Source: an archaeon
GTDB taxonomy: Archaea; Nanobdellota; Nanobdellia; Pacearchaeales; GW2011-AR1
Direction of reading: 5' to 3'
Length of the DNA: 64,000 nt
NCBI GenBank assembly: GCA_043810865.1
Contig: JBDRNS010000020.1
Coordinates: 17,828-81,827 of the forward strand
Below, piece after piece: positions 45,421 through 54,984 of the stretch (positions are counted from its first letter, which is position 1; every line of letters begins with the position of its first letter). The notes beneath the pieces are model-generated. The model saw nothing but the letters and a program-made list of their open reading frames with translations. It was not told where the DNA came from and searched no databases. Position numbers and translations under genes: made by a program.

Positions 45421-46320
45421 CTATCCAAAAACTAAAAGTCCCTCTGTTGAGTTCCTCACAATTACATAATTAATCAACTCTTCTCTTATTTTTATTTTTT
45501 TATTTTTTAAGTGATAGAATAATACCCTTTCTAAAAGACACATATGTTCTGTCTTAAATTTCTTATAAAACATTTTTGGGAATAAAAGAAATACTCCAAA
45601 AAAAGATCTTGGTAATTTTTTTTGTTTTTTGTTTAATTTCTTATTGATAAAAAGAAAAAAATTAACATAGTTCTTTTCAAAGAAAAAAAAGATTTTTTGA
45701 AAGAAAGTTGGTTTAATTGAAGCATTCTTTTGTACTATTTTTCTAAAATTATCATATAAGGAGCAATATGATTTAAAATTCTCAAATTCTTTTGTTATAC
45801 AAAACATATCATTTATTTTATTCTTATAAGAATCATTTATTTTAGGTACAATAATTTCATTTTCCTTTAATTTGAAATTTTCTAGTTTAATAGTGTCAAA
45901 TGGAAGAAAATCAAATCTCAATCTAATAAAATAATTATATGAAACTCTTTCTTTTTTCATATATTCTTCAAGGAGATCAAAAGATTTCCTTATTTTATAT
46001 AATTGTTGGTAGATGTTCCTAAAATTAAATCTAAAAGATTCCAAGAAGAGAATTGTTTTATAATTTTGTTTATTTAAAAGCCTAATTTCAGGTTGGATTA
46101 TCTCATCAACATCTGAGAATTTAACTTTCTCTAATCTTTTATAATTTAGCAATTTTACTTTTTTAAAATCCCCGTCATCTTCTGAAAAACAAAAGATATC
46201 ATGAGATCCTATTTGGTCCAATAAATTTTTCTTGATGTAAGGGTAACATAATTCCAATGTTCTGGCTTGCCCAGAAAAACACAAGGCAACATTTTTTACA
46301 GAAGGTTTTTTATTTTTCAT
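45421..46320 (-). CDS. Hypothetical protein, very AT-rich, possibly glycan-related
   Basis: Clean 299-aa ORF inside the glycan island. The protein is extremely K/N/F/I-rich and I can assign no motif confidently. Confidence 0.45.
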   Translation of the reverse strand: MKNKKPSVKNVALCFSGQARTLELCYPYIKKNLLDQIGSHDIFCFSEDDGDFKKVKLLNYKRLEKVKFSDVDEIIQPEIRLLNKQNYKTILFLESFRFNFRNIYQQLYKIRKSFDLLEEYMKKERVSYNYFIRLRFDFLPFDTIKLENFKLKENEIIVPKINDSYKNKINDMFCITKEFENFKSYCSLYDNFRKIVQKNASIKPTFFQKIFFFFEKNYVNFFLFINKKLNKKQKKLPRSFFGVFLLFPKMFYKKFKTEHMCLLERVLFYHLKNKKIKIREELINYVIVRNSTEGLLVFG

Positions 46321-46657
46321 TTTAAATTCTATACTTCCTTTTCAAACTTAACAAGCAATATCTATTTAAATTTTGTACAATACTTTAATCTAATCATTTT
46401 TATATAGTTTTCTTGTAATAAAAACCATCTATTAATGTATCAAAAAAGTCACCAAAAAGTAGTAGTAATTAGATAAGTATCATTATACCTTTGGGAGTAT
46501 TGGGAACTAGATTTGAAGAGAATAGGTTTGATTAATTTAAAAGATTTAAAAAATAAAGGAACAGTCCATAATAGGGTTCTGTAAGATCTTCGGTTGGTGA
46601 AATGGGGGTGATTCTTAAATCCACAAGAAATAAATAGCTTAATTTATAATTTTTATT

Positions 46658-47065
46658 ATGATTATGGAAACACTTGAGAAAGATGGAAAAAGATTTGCAT
46701 TTGTTATAAGAAAAGACTCAAACATCCAAGGTAAAGAATTTCTAAGCAAAGATGAAGATTTAATTCAAGTTGGTTTTATGAATCTCAAAAAGGGAGATTC
46801 AATTGACCCCCATTTTCATAAATTTTATGAAAGAAAAATTGAGAGAACGTCTGAAGTAATATATATTTTAGAGGGAAAGGTCAAGGTTAATATATATGAA
46901 AATAAAAAGAAAGTGATAGATACAATAATTGAAAAAGGGGATTTGATTGTTCTTTTATCCGGGGGGCATGGATTCGAGATTTTAGAAGACACTAAATTCT
47001 TTGAAGTCAAACAAGGGCCTTTTATTGGAGCTGAAAATGATAAAGAAAAATTTGAGGAAAAATGA
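46658..47065 (+). CDS. Cupin-fold protein (WxcM/WbuC-like, possible sugar ketoisomerase)
   Basis: Small beta-barrel pattern with HFH...E (DPHFHKFYERKIERTSEVIYILEG). It is coupled (ATGA overlap) to the downstream sugar aminotransferase. Confidence 0.5.
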   Translation: MIMETLEKDGKRFAFVIRKDSNIQGKEFLSKDEDLIQVGFMNLKKGDSIDPHFHKFYERKIERTSEVIYILEGKVKVNIYENKKKVIDTIIEKGDLIVLLSGGHGFEILEDTKFFEVKQGPFIGAENDKEKFEEK

Positions 47066-48186
47066 TTCCAGTATGTAAACCTTGGTTGCCGGGTAAAGAA
47101 AAAGAATATCTTAATGATGCCATAAATACTAATTGGATAAGTAGTAATGGAAAATATATCACTAAATTTGAGGAAGAATTCTCTAAATTTTGTGGGACCA
47201 AATATGGAATTAGTTGTTCTAGTGGATTTGGAGCATTGCATTTGGCTTGTGCAGCACTAGGTTTAAAAAAAGGTGATGAAGTCATAGTTCCTAACTTTAC
47301 AATGATTGCACCCATCAATGCCATAATATTAACAGGAGCAAAACCTGTTCTAGTTGATGCAGACCCTAAAACATTTTGTATTGATGTTAATCTAATAGAG
47401 AAAAAAATTACTAAGAAAACTAAAGCAATTATTCCTGTACACATTTATGGACACCCTTGTGACATGGACCCTATTCTAGAGTTAGCTAAAAAATATAATC
47501 TTTTCGTTATTGAAGATTCTGCAGAAGCACATGGTGCAGAATATAAAAATAAGAAATGTGGAAGCATGTCTGATATTAGCTGTTTTAGTTTTTATGCTAA
47601 TAAAATATTGACAACGGGGGAAGGAGGAATGTGTGTCACAAATAACCCAGAACTAGCAGAAAAAATTAGAAAATTAAGAAATCATGCTTTTGAAGTGCCA
47701 CGTTTTACACATAATGAAATTGGTTTTAATTATAGATTAACAAATCTTCAGGCAGCAATAGGATTTGCCCAAGCAGAAAATGCTGACATGTTAGTGGAAT
47801 CGAGAAGAAATATTGGAATTCAATATAATCAGTTCCTTAAAGAGGTAGGGGGATTAATTCTTCCTGTAGAAGAACCTTATGCTAAAAATGTTTATTGGAT
47901 GTATGGGGTTGTTTTGACGGACGAAATTAAGACAAGTAGGGAAGAAATTGTTAATAAATTAAGAGAAAAGGGGGTTGATACTAGAAATTTTTTTATTCCC
48001 GTGCATAAACAACCTGTTTTTATTAAGGGAGAAATAGAAAATGCTCCAGATTGCTCTGGAAACTTTGAAATATCTGATAAAATAAGCGAAAGGGGTTTTT
48101 ATCTTCCTAGTTCTAGTGATCTAAAAAAGGAGGAAATTCAATCTATTTGTGAGATATTAAAAGAAATTTTATCAAAAAATCAATAA
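47062..48186 (+). CDS. DegT/DnrJ/EryC1/StrS-family PLP-dependent sugar aminotransferase
   Basis: Family pattern: DAINTNWISSNGKY, VIEDSAEAHGAEY, SFYANKILTTGEGGM (catalytic Lys) and NYRLTNLQAAIG. Confidence 0.85.
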   Translation: MIPVCKPWLPGKEKEYLNDAINTNWISSNGKYITKFEEEFSKFCGTKYGISCSSGFGALHLACAALGLKKGDEVIVPNFTMIAPINAIILTGAKPVLVDADPKTFCIDVNLIEKKITKKTKAIIPVHIYGHPCDMDPILELAKKYNLFVIEDSAEAHGAEYKNKKCGSMSDISCFSFYANKILTTGEGGMCVTNNPELAEKIRKLRNHAFEVPRFTHNEIGFNYRLTNLQAAIGFAQAENADMLVESRRNIGIQYNQFLKEVGGLILPVEEPYAKNVYWMYGVVLTDEIKTSREEIVNKLREKGVDTRNFFIPVHKQPVFIKGEIENAPDCSGNFEISDKISERGFYLPSSSDLKKEEIQSICEILKEILSKNQ

Positions 48187-48307
48187 CGTTGTGTCTGTGC
48201 AATAAAGTGTGATTATATAGACATATGTTTATATATGCATAAAAAAACATTATAAATTAGATGAAAAATATTAACTTAAATAAAAAAATAATTGTGTAGT
48301 TTTAAAA

Positions 48308-49120
48308 ATGAATAATCTTGGCCTTTTAGATGCAATAACAGAAAGAATTGAAAGTTTTTTCGTTCTTATGAAAGAGGGTTATAAATTCAAAGATAAACTT
48401 ATAATTTTAAGATTTCATCTTAAGACACCTTTACACTTATTAAACTATCTTTTGGGAATAAAAAATTCACGAAGATTATATGGAAATGTTTTTATCAAAA
48501 ATCGTTATGGTTTATTCTTCTGCGGAAATAATTTTTCAAGTGTCTTTGGTGTGGGTTCTATGTCTGAACCTATTGTAAGAAAAGAACTTATTATAAAAAA
48601 AGGTGTTATGATGGATATTGGGGCTAATTGTGGTATGTTCACAATTCCCACAGCAAAAATGTTAGGGAAAAATGGAAGAGTCATATCCATTGAGCCAGAT
48701 AAAAAAAATATAAAACTCCTTAAAAAAAATGTGGGCTTAAATAATCTAAAAAATGTAGATGTAATTGAAAAAGGAGTTTTTTCTAAAAAAGGAAAAATGA
48801 CCTTTTATCTTGATGACATTGGAACTGGAGGCCATTCTTTATTAAAAAGTGAGGTAAAGAAAAAAGAGATTATTTCTGTAGATACTATTGATAATACACT
48901 AAGTAAACTTAAGATAAATCATGTAGATCTTATAAAAATTGATGTTGAGGGTGTTGAAATTGAGGCTTTCAAAGGGGCAAAAAAAATTCTGAAAAAATCC
49001 CACCCTAAAATAATTTTTGAGGCATTAAGTGAACACAAAAGAGAAGAAATATACAAATTTTTAAATCAATATGGTTATAAGATAAAAAAAATAACTGACT
49101 GCAATTATGTTGCTGTCTAA
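48308..49120 (+). CDS. FkbM-family SAM-dependent methyltransferase
   Basis: DIGANCGMFTI and KIDVEGVEIEAFKGA motifs. Confidence 0.7.
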   Translation: MNNLGLLDAITERIESFFVLMKEGYKFKDKLIILRFHLKTPLHLLNYLLGIKNSRRLYGNVFIKNRYGLFFCGNNFSSVFGVGSMSEPIVRKELIIKKGVMMDIGANCGMFTIPTAKMLGKNGRVISIEPDKKNIKLLKKNVGLNNLKNVDVIEKGVFSKKGKMTFYLDDIGTGGHSLLKSEVKKKEIISVDTIDNTLSKLKINHVDLIKIDVEGVEIEAFKGAKKILKKSHPKIIFEALSEHKREEIYKFLNQYGYKIKKITDCNYVAV

Positions 49121-49177
49121 AATTTTCTGAATAATCACATATTCTTACCAACTTTACCCATAATCATTATTTTTTAA

Positions 49178-49729
49178 TCAATATAAAGATTCATATAATT
49201 CCCAATGTTCTTTTGCAACCTTTTTCCATGAGCGTTCTTTTAAAAGTTTTTGTGCTCCTTTTTTTAGTTTATCCCTTAATTTTTTAGATCTGCTTACTTG
49301 AATTATTTTAGCTTCAAATTCTTTTATTGAGTCTGCCGTTAAACATGCACCATATTTTTTTTCTATTTCTTTAAAGAAAGGATTGTTCCAAGCAATTATT
49401 GGCTTTAAGTACATCACTACTCTTGAAAATACCCCGCTTAAAGCGACAACACTCCAGTAGGGAAGTAAAATTATGTCTGCATTTTTGGCATATTTTTCGA
49501 ATTCATTTTCTTCCAATCTTCTTGCTTCTATTTTAAGATTTTTCAAAACTTTTTCTTTTTTTCTTAGACCATATAATGTTTGTTTATCTTCAAGAGACCA
49601 CACAGGTCCCACAATAAGAAGATGTATATTTGGATTTTTTTCTATAACTTTTATAGCCCGGTCATAACCTTTTATTTTCCCTATTGATCCAAAAATCACG
49701 CATTTAATTAATTCCATGGCCAATTTCAA
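49178..49729 (-). CDS. Glycosyltransferase C-terminal (nucleotide-sugar-binding) half
   Basis: LLIVGP...ADIILLPYW is typical of the C-terminal Rossmann domain of a GT-B enzyme. The track start is TTG 49729 and an internal ATG lies at 49717. It overlaps the upstream half-gene. Confidence 0.55.
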   Translation of the reverse strand: MKLAMELIKCVIFGSIGKIKGYDRAIKVIEKNPNIHLLIVGPVWSLEDKQTLYGLRKKEKVLKNLKIEARRLEENEFEKYAKNADIILLPYWSVVALSGVFSRVVMYLKPIIAWNNPFFKEIEKKYGACLTADSIKEFEAKIIQVSRSKKLRDKLKKGAQKLLKERSWKKVAKEHWELYESLY

Positions 49730-50195
49730 TTATTTTTATTTTTTTCTTGTCTATTTTATAATCTACAACTAAAGTTTTTTTCATTCCATAGATTAGGGCA
49801 ACAATTTTGTCAGAAAAAAACACTACCAGTTTTGTAGAGATTGGAAGGATAATTTTCTTTATAAGTGTAAAAAATTTATTTCTTGTATATATCTCTTTTT
49901 TGTTAGGAATAGTTCCAAATGTTAGAACAATTTTCTTTTTATTAAGTTTTAATCTTATTAATTTTGGAATAATGCCCAGTCCAAATGGGTGAAAAAGAGA
50001 ATGATCAAATATTACGTGGAAGACATCAAAATCATTGTAATTTGTCTTATTTGAAAGCGTTGCATCAAAACCTTGTTTTTTCATTGCTTTTACAAGAAAT
50101 TCCGCATATGATTTTAATCCGCCTTCATCTGTTACATACATGAGAACTTTCATTTTAACAAAAATAGAGTCATTATTTAAAAATTTATGGGGCAT
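49704..50195 (-). CDS. Glycosyltransferase N-terminal half
   Basis: MKVLMYVTDEGGLKSYAEFLVKAMKKQG resembles a GT4 N-terminal domain. The ORF ends at IEIGHGIN*, where a full-length GT would continue into the C-terminal domain. Confidence 0.55.
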   Translation of the reverse strand: MPHKFLNNDSIFVKMKVLMYVTDEGGLKSYAEFLVKAMKKQGFDATLSNKTNYNDFDVFHVIFDHSLFHPFGLGIIPKLIRLKLNKKKIVLTFGTIPNKKEIYTRNKFFTLIKKIILPISTKLVVFFSDKIVALIYGMKKTLVVDYKIDKKKIKIIEIGHGIN

Positions 50196-51564
50196 TTTTC
50201 ATTAATTGTTTCTCTTTCTTCTTACTCAAAATCAAGCCAAACATATAGGACCAACTACCAATTATTGTCGCTCCTGTTACACCGTAAACCACAAATGAAT
50301 TCCCATATTCATTTAGAAATAAAATTGCTAAAACATTTAGAGTTATATTCATAAACAAAGAAATAATTAGGAGTTTTGTGACAATCATGGGCTTTCCTTT
50401 TGCAGCAAAATAACTAATATAAATACCATTTAAGGGAATACTTATTAATAATAAAGAAAGAAATCTTAGAAGATTTATGGAAAATATGTATTCTCCCCCA
50501 TAAATAAGATTAATTATAAAAGATGATGATAATAAAACAAATAAAAATAATGCGAATGAAATCCATAATATTATCAAAAGGGATTTTTTGAATCCTCTTT
50601 CTAATTGTTGATTTTTTAACTTACTAAAAATTGGAAGTAAAACTGTTGAAAAACTAATTAAAGAAGTCATAGCAGCTATAAGAGTGAATGCGGCCCTATA
50701 GTACCCTATGTATTCTGAAACAACAAATCTTCCAAGCATTACCATGTCAACATATCCAAAAAAAGCCGTTGTTATTGTTAGTGCAGAAACAGGAAGAATA
50801 AACTTATTTACTTTTTTCTTTTCTAAAAAAGAAATTTTTTTCTCTTTTTTAGATAAATACTCTAATTTATTTTTAGATAAAAAAATGAGAAAAATTAAAG
50901 AAATCAAATAAGAAAAACCTAATCCAAGTATTATAAGAAATAAAAGAGATTCACTTGAAAAAAGTTGTTTTAAAGAAAGCAAAACCACTAAAGGAATTAT
51001 AATTAATCTCATTGCCTGGAAAATTATCTCTTTGTAAAAAATTCCTTTAAAATAATTTAATGCTTGTAAAATTGATTGCATAAATGCCACAATCCCTGCA
51101 AATAAAATATACAGAGATCCTGCTATTAATGCTAAAAAGATAGGCTTCTGATAATAAGCATTTGAGATAAATTTTGCAGAAATTATTAAAATTAACATTG
51201 AAATAAAAATTAGAAATAACTTTAACTTTCCTAAATAAATAGTATAAGATTTCGCTTTATTCTTTTTTTTGTTTTTTCCAAATTCTTTTGAAACAAATCT
51301 GGTTAAGGTTACTCCAACACCCAATTCAGAAAATGTGGAAAGGATTAAAATTGTCGATAAAGCTAAACTATACAACCCGAATAATTCTGGCATCAGTATT
51401 CTTGCTAAAATTATTGTAAATAATAATGAACCTGCTTTTGCGGTAATATTTGTTAGAAATTGAAAAATACTGTTTTTAACAACAATACCTGTATTTCCGG
51501 AAAAATCTCTTTTTTTTATTCTCCTAAAGATATCTCTAATATGAATCAGAATATCTTGTTTCAT
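50185..51564 (-). CDS. wzx: Wzx-type oligosaccharide flippase (MOP/polysaccharide biosynthesis protein family)
   Basis: 459 aa with about 12-14 TM segments. The N-terminal pattern is KNSIFQFLTNITAKAGSLLFTIILARILMPELFGLYSLA. Confidence 0.8.
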   Translation of the reverse strand: MKQDILIHIRDIFRRIKKRDFSGNTGIVVKNSIFQFLTNITAKAGSLLFTIILARILMPELFGLYSLALSTILILSTFSELGVGVTLTRFVSKEFGKNKKKNKAKSYTIYLGKLKLFLIFISMLILIISAKFISNAYYQKPIFLALIAGSLYILFAGIVAFMQSILQALNYFKGIFYKEIIFQAMRLIIIPLVVLLSLKQLFSSESLLFLIILGLGFSYLISLIFLIFLSKNKLEYLSKKEKKISFLEKKKVNKFILPVSALTITTAFFGYVDMVMLGRFVVSEYIGYYRAAFTLIAAMTSLISFSTVLLPIFSKLKNQQLERGFKKSLLIILWISFALFLFVLLSSSFIINLIYGGEYIFSINLLRFLSLLLISIPLNGIYISYFAAKGKPMIVTKLLIISLFMNITLNVLAILFLNEYGNSFVVYGVTGATIIGSWSYMFGLILSKKKEKQLMKNAP

Positions 51565-51690
51565 TTTTGAAACAACAATTTTTCATTTTTATTCTTTATG
51601 GAACTATAACTTTTAAGAATTATGCGCAAAAAAAGCATAATCTAAATGGTTAGGAAAACCCAAATAAGACGCCTTATTTTATTTTAAGAT

Positions 51691-52542
51691 TTAATATTTC
51701 CAAATATCCAATTTTTTATTGATTAATTTTTCTGTTTTTTCTATTTCTTTCAAAAAAAATGCCCTTTGTAATAATTTTTTATCAGAAGGTTTGATAATGG
51801 TTTGGATTTGCCTAGCATTATCCACTTTCCTATAAAATTTTTGTATTTTCTTTTTATTTCCTCCCAAAATTTCTTTTATTTTTAATCTTGTTGTAAAAGG
51901 AATTTTATTGTATGCATAAAAAATTGCTTTCATAAAAAGAGAGTAATTCGTCTTGGCTGAATAATGTACATTCCTAAAATTTGGTTTAAATTTGTTATCA
52001 ATTTCTAAGAAATCGCAAACTTTCTTATACTCTTTTTCAATATCTTTAATATAATCATCAAATAGTATTATATGAACATTTTTCTTACCAAAAAAAGTTA
52101 TCCACCTTTTCAAATTCTCATAATATAAAAGTTCTCTTAATGTAAATACAAGTTCCTTAACATCATTATATCCTCCAGCATCAATATTGGATCTTAAAAT
52201 ATCAATAGGGCTTCTTAATATAATTATTATCTTAGAATTTTTGTTAAATTGTTTTATTTGTTTAGGAGCATTTAACGAACCGAAAACATGAGAAGAATCC
52301 CCAAGAAATTTCTCATTCTTTGCTTCTTTAAATAGAGACAGATATTTCTCTTCGGTGTTGAAGTATCTAGAATTATTATCTTCATACTCTCCAAAAAAAT
52401 TAGGTCTTTGCTCTCTTGACATAAGAATTTCTGGATGTTGGTTTAAATGACTAGTCCATGAAGAAGTTCCTGCTCTTGCTACACCAACTAAAAATAAGTT
52501 TGGCTTTCTTATTTTACCAGCACCCATCTTTTTAATTTTCAT
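51691..52542 (-). CDS. PAPS-dependent sulfotransferase family protein
   Basis: The 5'-PSB-like loop is LFLVGVARAGTSSW and the 3'-PB-like motif is IIILRSPIDILRS. Length is 283 aa. Confidence 0.7.
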   Translation of the reverse strand: MKIKKMGAGKIRKPNLFLVGVARAGTSSWTSHLNQHPEILMSREQRPNFFGEYEDNNSRYFNTEEKYLSLFKEAKNEKFLGDSSHVFGSLNAPKQIKQFNKNSKIIIILRSPIDILRSNIDAGGYNDVKELVFTLRELLYYENLKRWITFFGKKNVHIILFDDYIKDIEKEYKKVCDFLEIDNKFKPNFRNVHYSAKTNYSLFMKAIFYAYNKIPFTTRLKIKEILGGNKKKIQKFYRKVDNARQIQTIIKPSDKKLLQRAFFLKEIEKTEKLINKKLDIWKY

Positions 52543-53684
52543 TTATTATTTTTATTTTTTAAAATTTTTTTTATCACTTCACAGTATTTTTCAATGTCCT
52601 GTTCTGTTAAAAGATATGAACTTGGAAGATTGATACCTCTGGAAGAAATGTCGTAAGACACTGGATTATCCTTTTCTGAACCTGTTTTATATCTCCTATA
52701 AGCAGATAAAGAAGATAGGGGGTAGAAAAAAGGTCTTACAAGAAGACCTTTTTCTTCTATCTTAGCCATTATTTCATCTTTTGTTATATTGTGTGAATTC
52801 CCAATTACCAAGGAAGAAAGCCACGCACCATTATAAATTTCTTCTGAATCAAGATTAAATTGTAGATCATCTATGTTAGATAGTCTTTCTTTATATTTAT
52901 GAAATATCCATCTTTTTTTATCAATTATTTCTTTCAATCTAGTGAATTGGGCATATCCTAATGCGGCACCCAAATTATTGGGCATATATTTTGGAGAGGG
53001 AGTAAGTATATCATGAACATTTTCAGGATATCTTCCATGATCTCTCAGTATTTTGGCTTTTTTGTAAAGTTCCTCGTCATCAAGAAGAAGGATTCCTCCT
53101 TCTCCCCCTGTAGTTATTGTTTTTGTAGAATGAAAGCTAAAAACAGAACCTATACCAAACTTTCCTGCTTTAATTCCTTTGTATGTTGAGCCAAGAGCTT
53201 CTGCAGAATCTTCTATAATCGGGATATTATATTTTTTGGAAATTTCCGTTATTCTTTCCATATCTGGCATGTTTCCATAAAGATCAACAATTATTATTGC
53301 CTTTGTTTTGTTTGAAATCTTTTTTTCAATAGATTCTGGATCAGCACACCAATTTTTTTCGTCCACATCACAAAAAACAGGGATGGCTTTGCAATATGTT
53401 ATGGGTGCCGCTGTAGCAGTCCATGTAAGATCAGGAACTATTATTTCATCCCCTTCCCCAATACCCAGAGAAAGAAGCAATAAATGGATGGCTTGAGTAC
53501 AATTAGGAGTCATAAGAGCATATTTCCTATTATGATATTCTGCAAAATCTTTTTCGAATTTCTCTATGTAATAATTTCTATTATCTCCTAATTTTTCATC
53601 TGTCAGCGCTTCCCCCACAATTTTTCTTTCAACATCAGTTATCCATGGGCCATACATAAATTTTTTATTCTTCTCCTTCTCCAT
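52539..53684 (-). CDS. DegT/DnrJ/EryC1/StrS-family sugar aminotransferase (second copy)
   Basis: IIEDSAEALGSTYKG, SFHSTKTITTGGEGGI and the PNNLGAALGYAQ region. Its stop overlaps the downstream sulfotransferase start. Confidence 0.85.
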   Translation of the reverse strand: MEKEKNKKFMYGPWITDVERKIVGEALTDEKLGDNRNYYIEKFEKDFAEYHNRKYALMTPNCTQAIHLLLLSLGIGEGDEIIVPDLTWTATAAPITYCKAIPVFCDVDEKNWCADPESIEKKISNKTKAIIIVDLYGNMPDMERITEISKKYNIPIIEDSAEALGSTYKGIKAGKFGIGSVFSFHSTKTITTGGEGGILLLDDEELYKKAKILRDHGRYPENVHDILTPSPKYMPNNLGAALGYAQFTRLKEIIDKKRWIFHKYKERLSNIDDLQFNLDSEEIYNGAWLSSLVIGNSHNITKDEIMAKIEEKGLLVRPFFYPLSSLSAYRRYKTGSEKDNPVSYDISSRGINLPSSYLLTEQDIEKYCEVIKKILKNKNNK

Positions 53685-53866
53685 TTTTCAAATATTATTA
53701 TTTCTTTTAGTATAAACTTCATAAATTGCTTTTTATTATTTGTGAAACTATGATTGGTATCTTCCAGTGAAGTTTTAAAAGTAAATAGTATGATAAACTT
53801 TAAATAGATTTATTGAATTTTTGAGTCATAAGAATTAATCGAAAAATATTGATAAACTAAATAAAA

Positions 53867-54982
53867 ATGGCTAAAAAAATAATAAAAATTGATTTTAGGT
53901 ATTATTGGGGGCATTTTAATCCTGAAGACAACATCATAATCAATCTTTTGAAAAAAGATTACAATGTAATTATAGACAAGGACAATCCAGATTATGTTTT
54001 TTATTCTACATATGACAAAAAAAGACCCATAAATTCCAAAACTTTCGGGAGGATTGGAATATTTATTGAAAGAAATTTTCCTAATCTTTACAGAGTATTA
54101 AGGGATGTATACTATTTCAGAAGAGAAAGATGGAAAATGCCTGTTATTGAGGGTGATTTTGTAAAGATTTTTTTCACAGTGGAGAATGCAATTCCCAATA
54201 TGAATAAGTGCGACTGGGCATTCACTAATGAATTTGATGAAATATTAAAACATCCGAGACACCTGAGAATTTCAAACTACACCTTTTACTCTGTAAAAGA
54301 CCCAAAAGCACTCATAAAGGACAAAAATTACAACCCTGAAAAAATTCTGAAAGAGAAGAAAAAATTCTGTGTATTCATCTGTTCCAACGACGTGGCTTTC
54401 AGAAATAAATTTTTCAAGGCGCTTTGTAAATACAAAAAAGTTGAATCCTGGGGGAAAGTGCTGAATAACATGGGAAAAGGAATTCCAAAAGTTTACGAGA
54501 TAGAAGGCAAAAAATCAAAAAAAGAAACAAGAAGATATATTCCTGAAGGATTTTTGAAACAGTATAAATTCATAATAGCTTTCGAGAATGCATCCCATAG
54601 AGGTTATACTTCGGACAGAAAAATAGAGCCAATGATGGCAAATTGCATCCCAATATATTGGGGAAATCCTTTAGTTCATTGGGAGTTTAACACAAAAAGC
54701 TTTGTTAATTATCATGAGTTTGAGAAGGAAATTAAAAAAAACATCCCAAAGATAATTTTTGATATTCCTTTAATTGGATGGTTTACAAAAAAACGTGTCG
54801 AGAAAAAAACTTTGAAAAAAGTTATTCAAAGAATCAAAAACCTTGACAAAAATGAGGAGTTATATCTCGAAATGTTAAAAGAGCCATGGTACATTGATAA
54901 CAAGCCTTCGAAATACCTTGACAAGGATTTGATAAGGAAAAGGTTGAAAAAAATTATTGATTCTCCAAAGCAAATTTCTTAA
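53867..54982 (+). CDS. Alpha-1,3/4-fucosyltransferase, family GT10
   Basis: IAFENASHRGYTSDRKIEPMMANCIPIYWGNPLVHWEFNTKSFVNYHEF matches the GT10 signature known from Helicobacter and eukaryotes (FENS..GY.TEK...IPIYWG.P.V..FN.KSFVN.H.F). Confidence 0.85.
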   Translation: MAKKIIKIDFRYYWGHFNPEDNIIINLLKKDYNVIIDKDNPDYVFYSTYDKKRPINSKTFGRIGIFIERNFPNLYRVLRDVYYFRRERWKMPVIEGDFVKIFFTVENAIPNMNKCDWAFTNEFDEILKHPRHLRISNYTFYSVKDPKALIKDKNYNPEKILKEKKKFCVFICSNDVAFRNKFFKALCKYKKVESWGKVLNNMGKGIPKVYEIEGKKSKKETRRYIPEGFLKQYKFIIAFENASHRGYTSDRKIEPMMANCIPIYWGNPLVHWEFNTKSFVNYHEFEKEIKKNIPKIIFDIPLIGWFTKKRVEKKTLKKVIQRIKNLDKNEELYLEMLKEPWYIDNKPSKYLDKDLIRKRLKKIIDSPKQIS

Positions 54983-54984
54983 TT

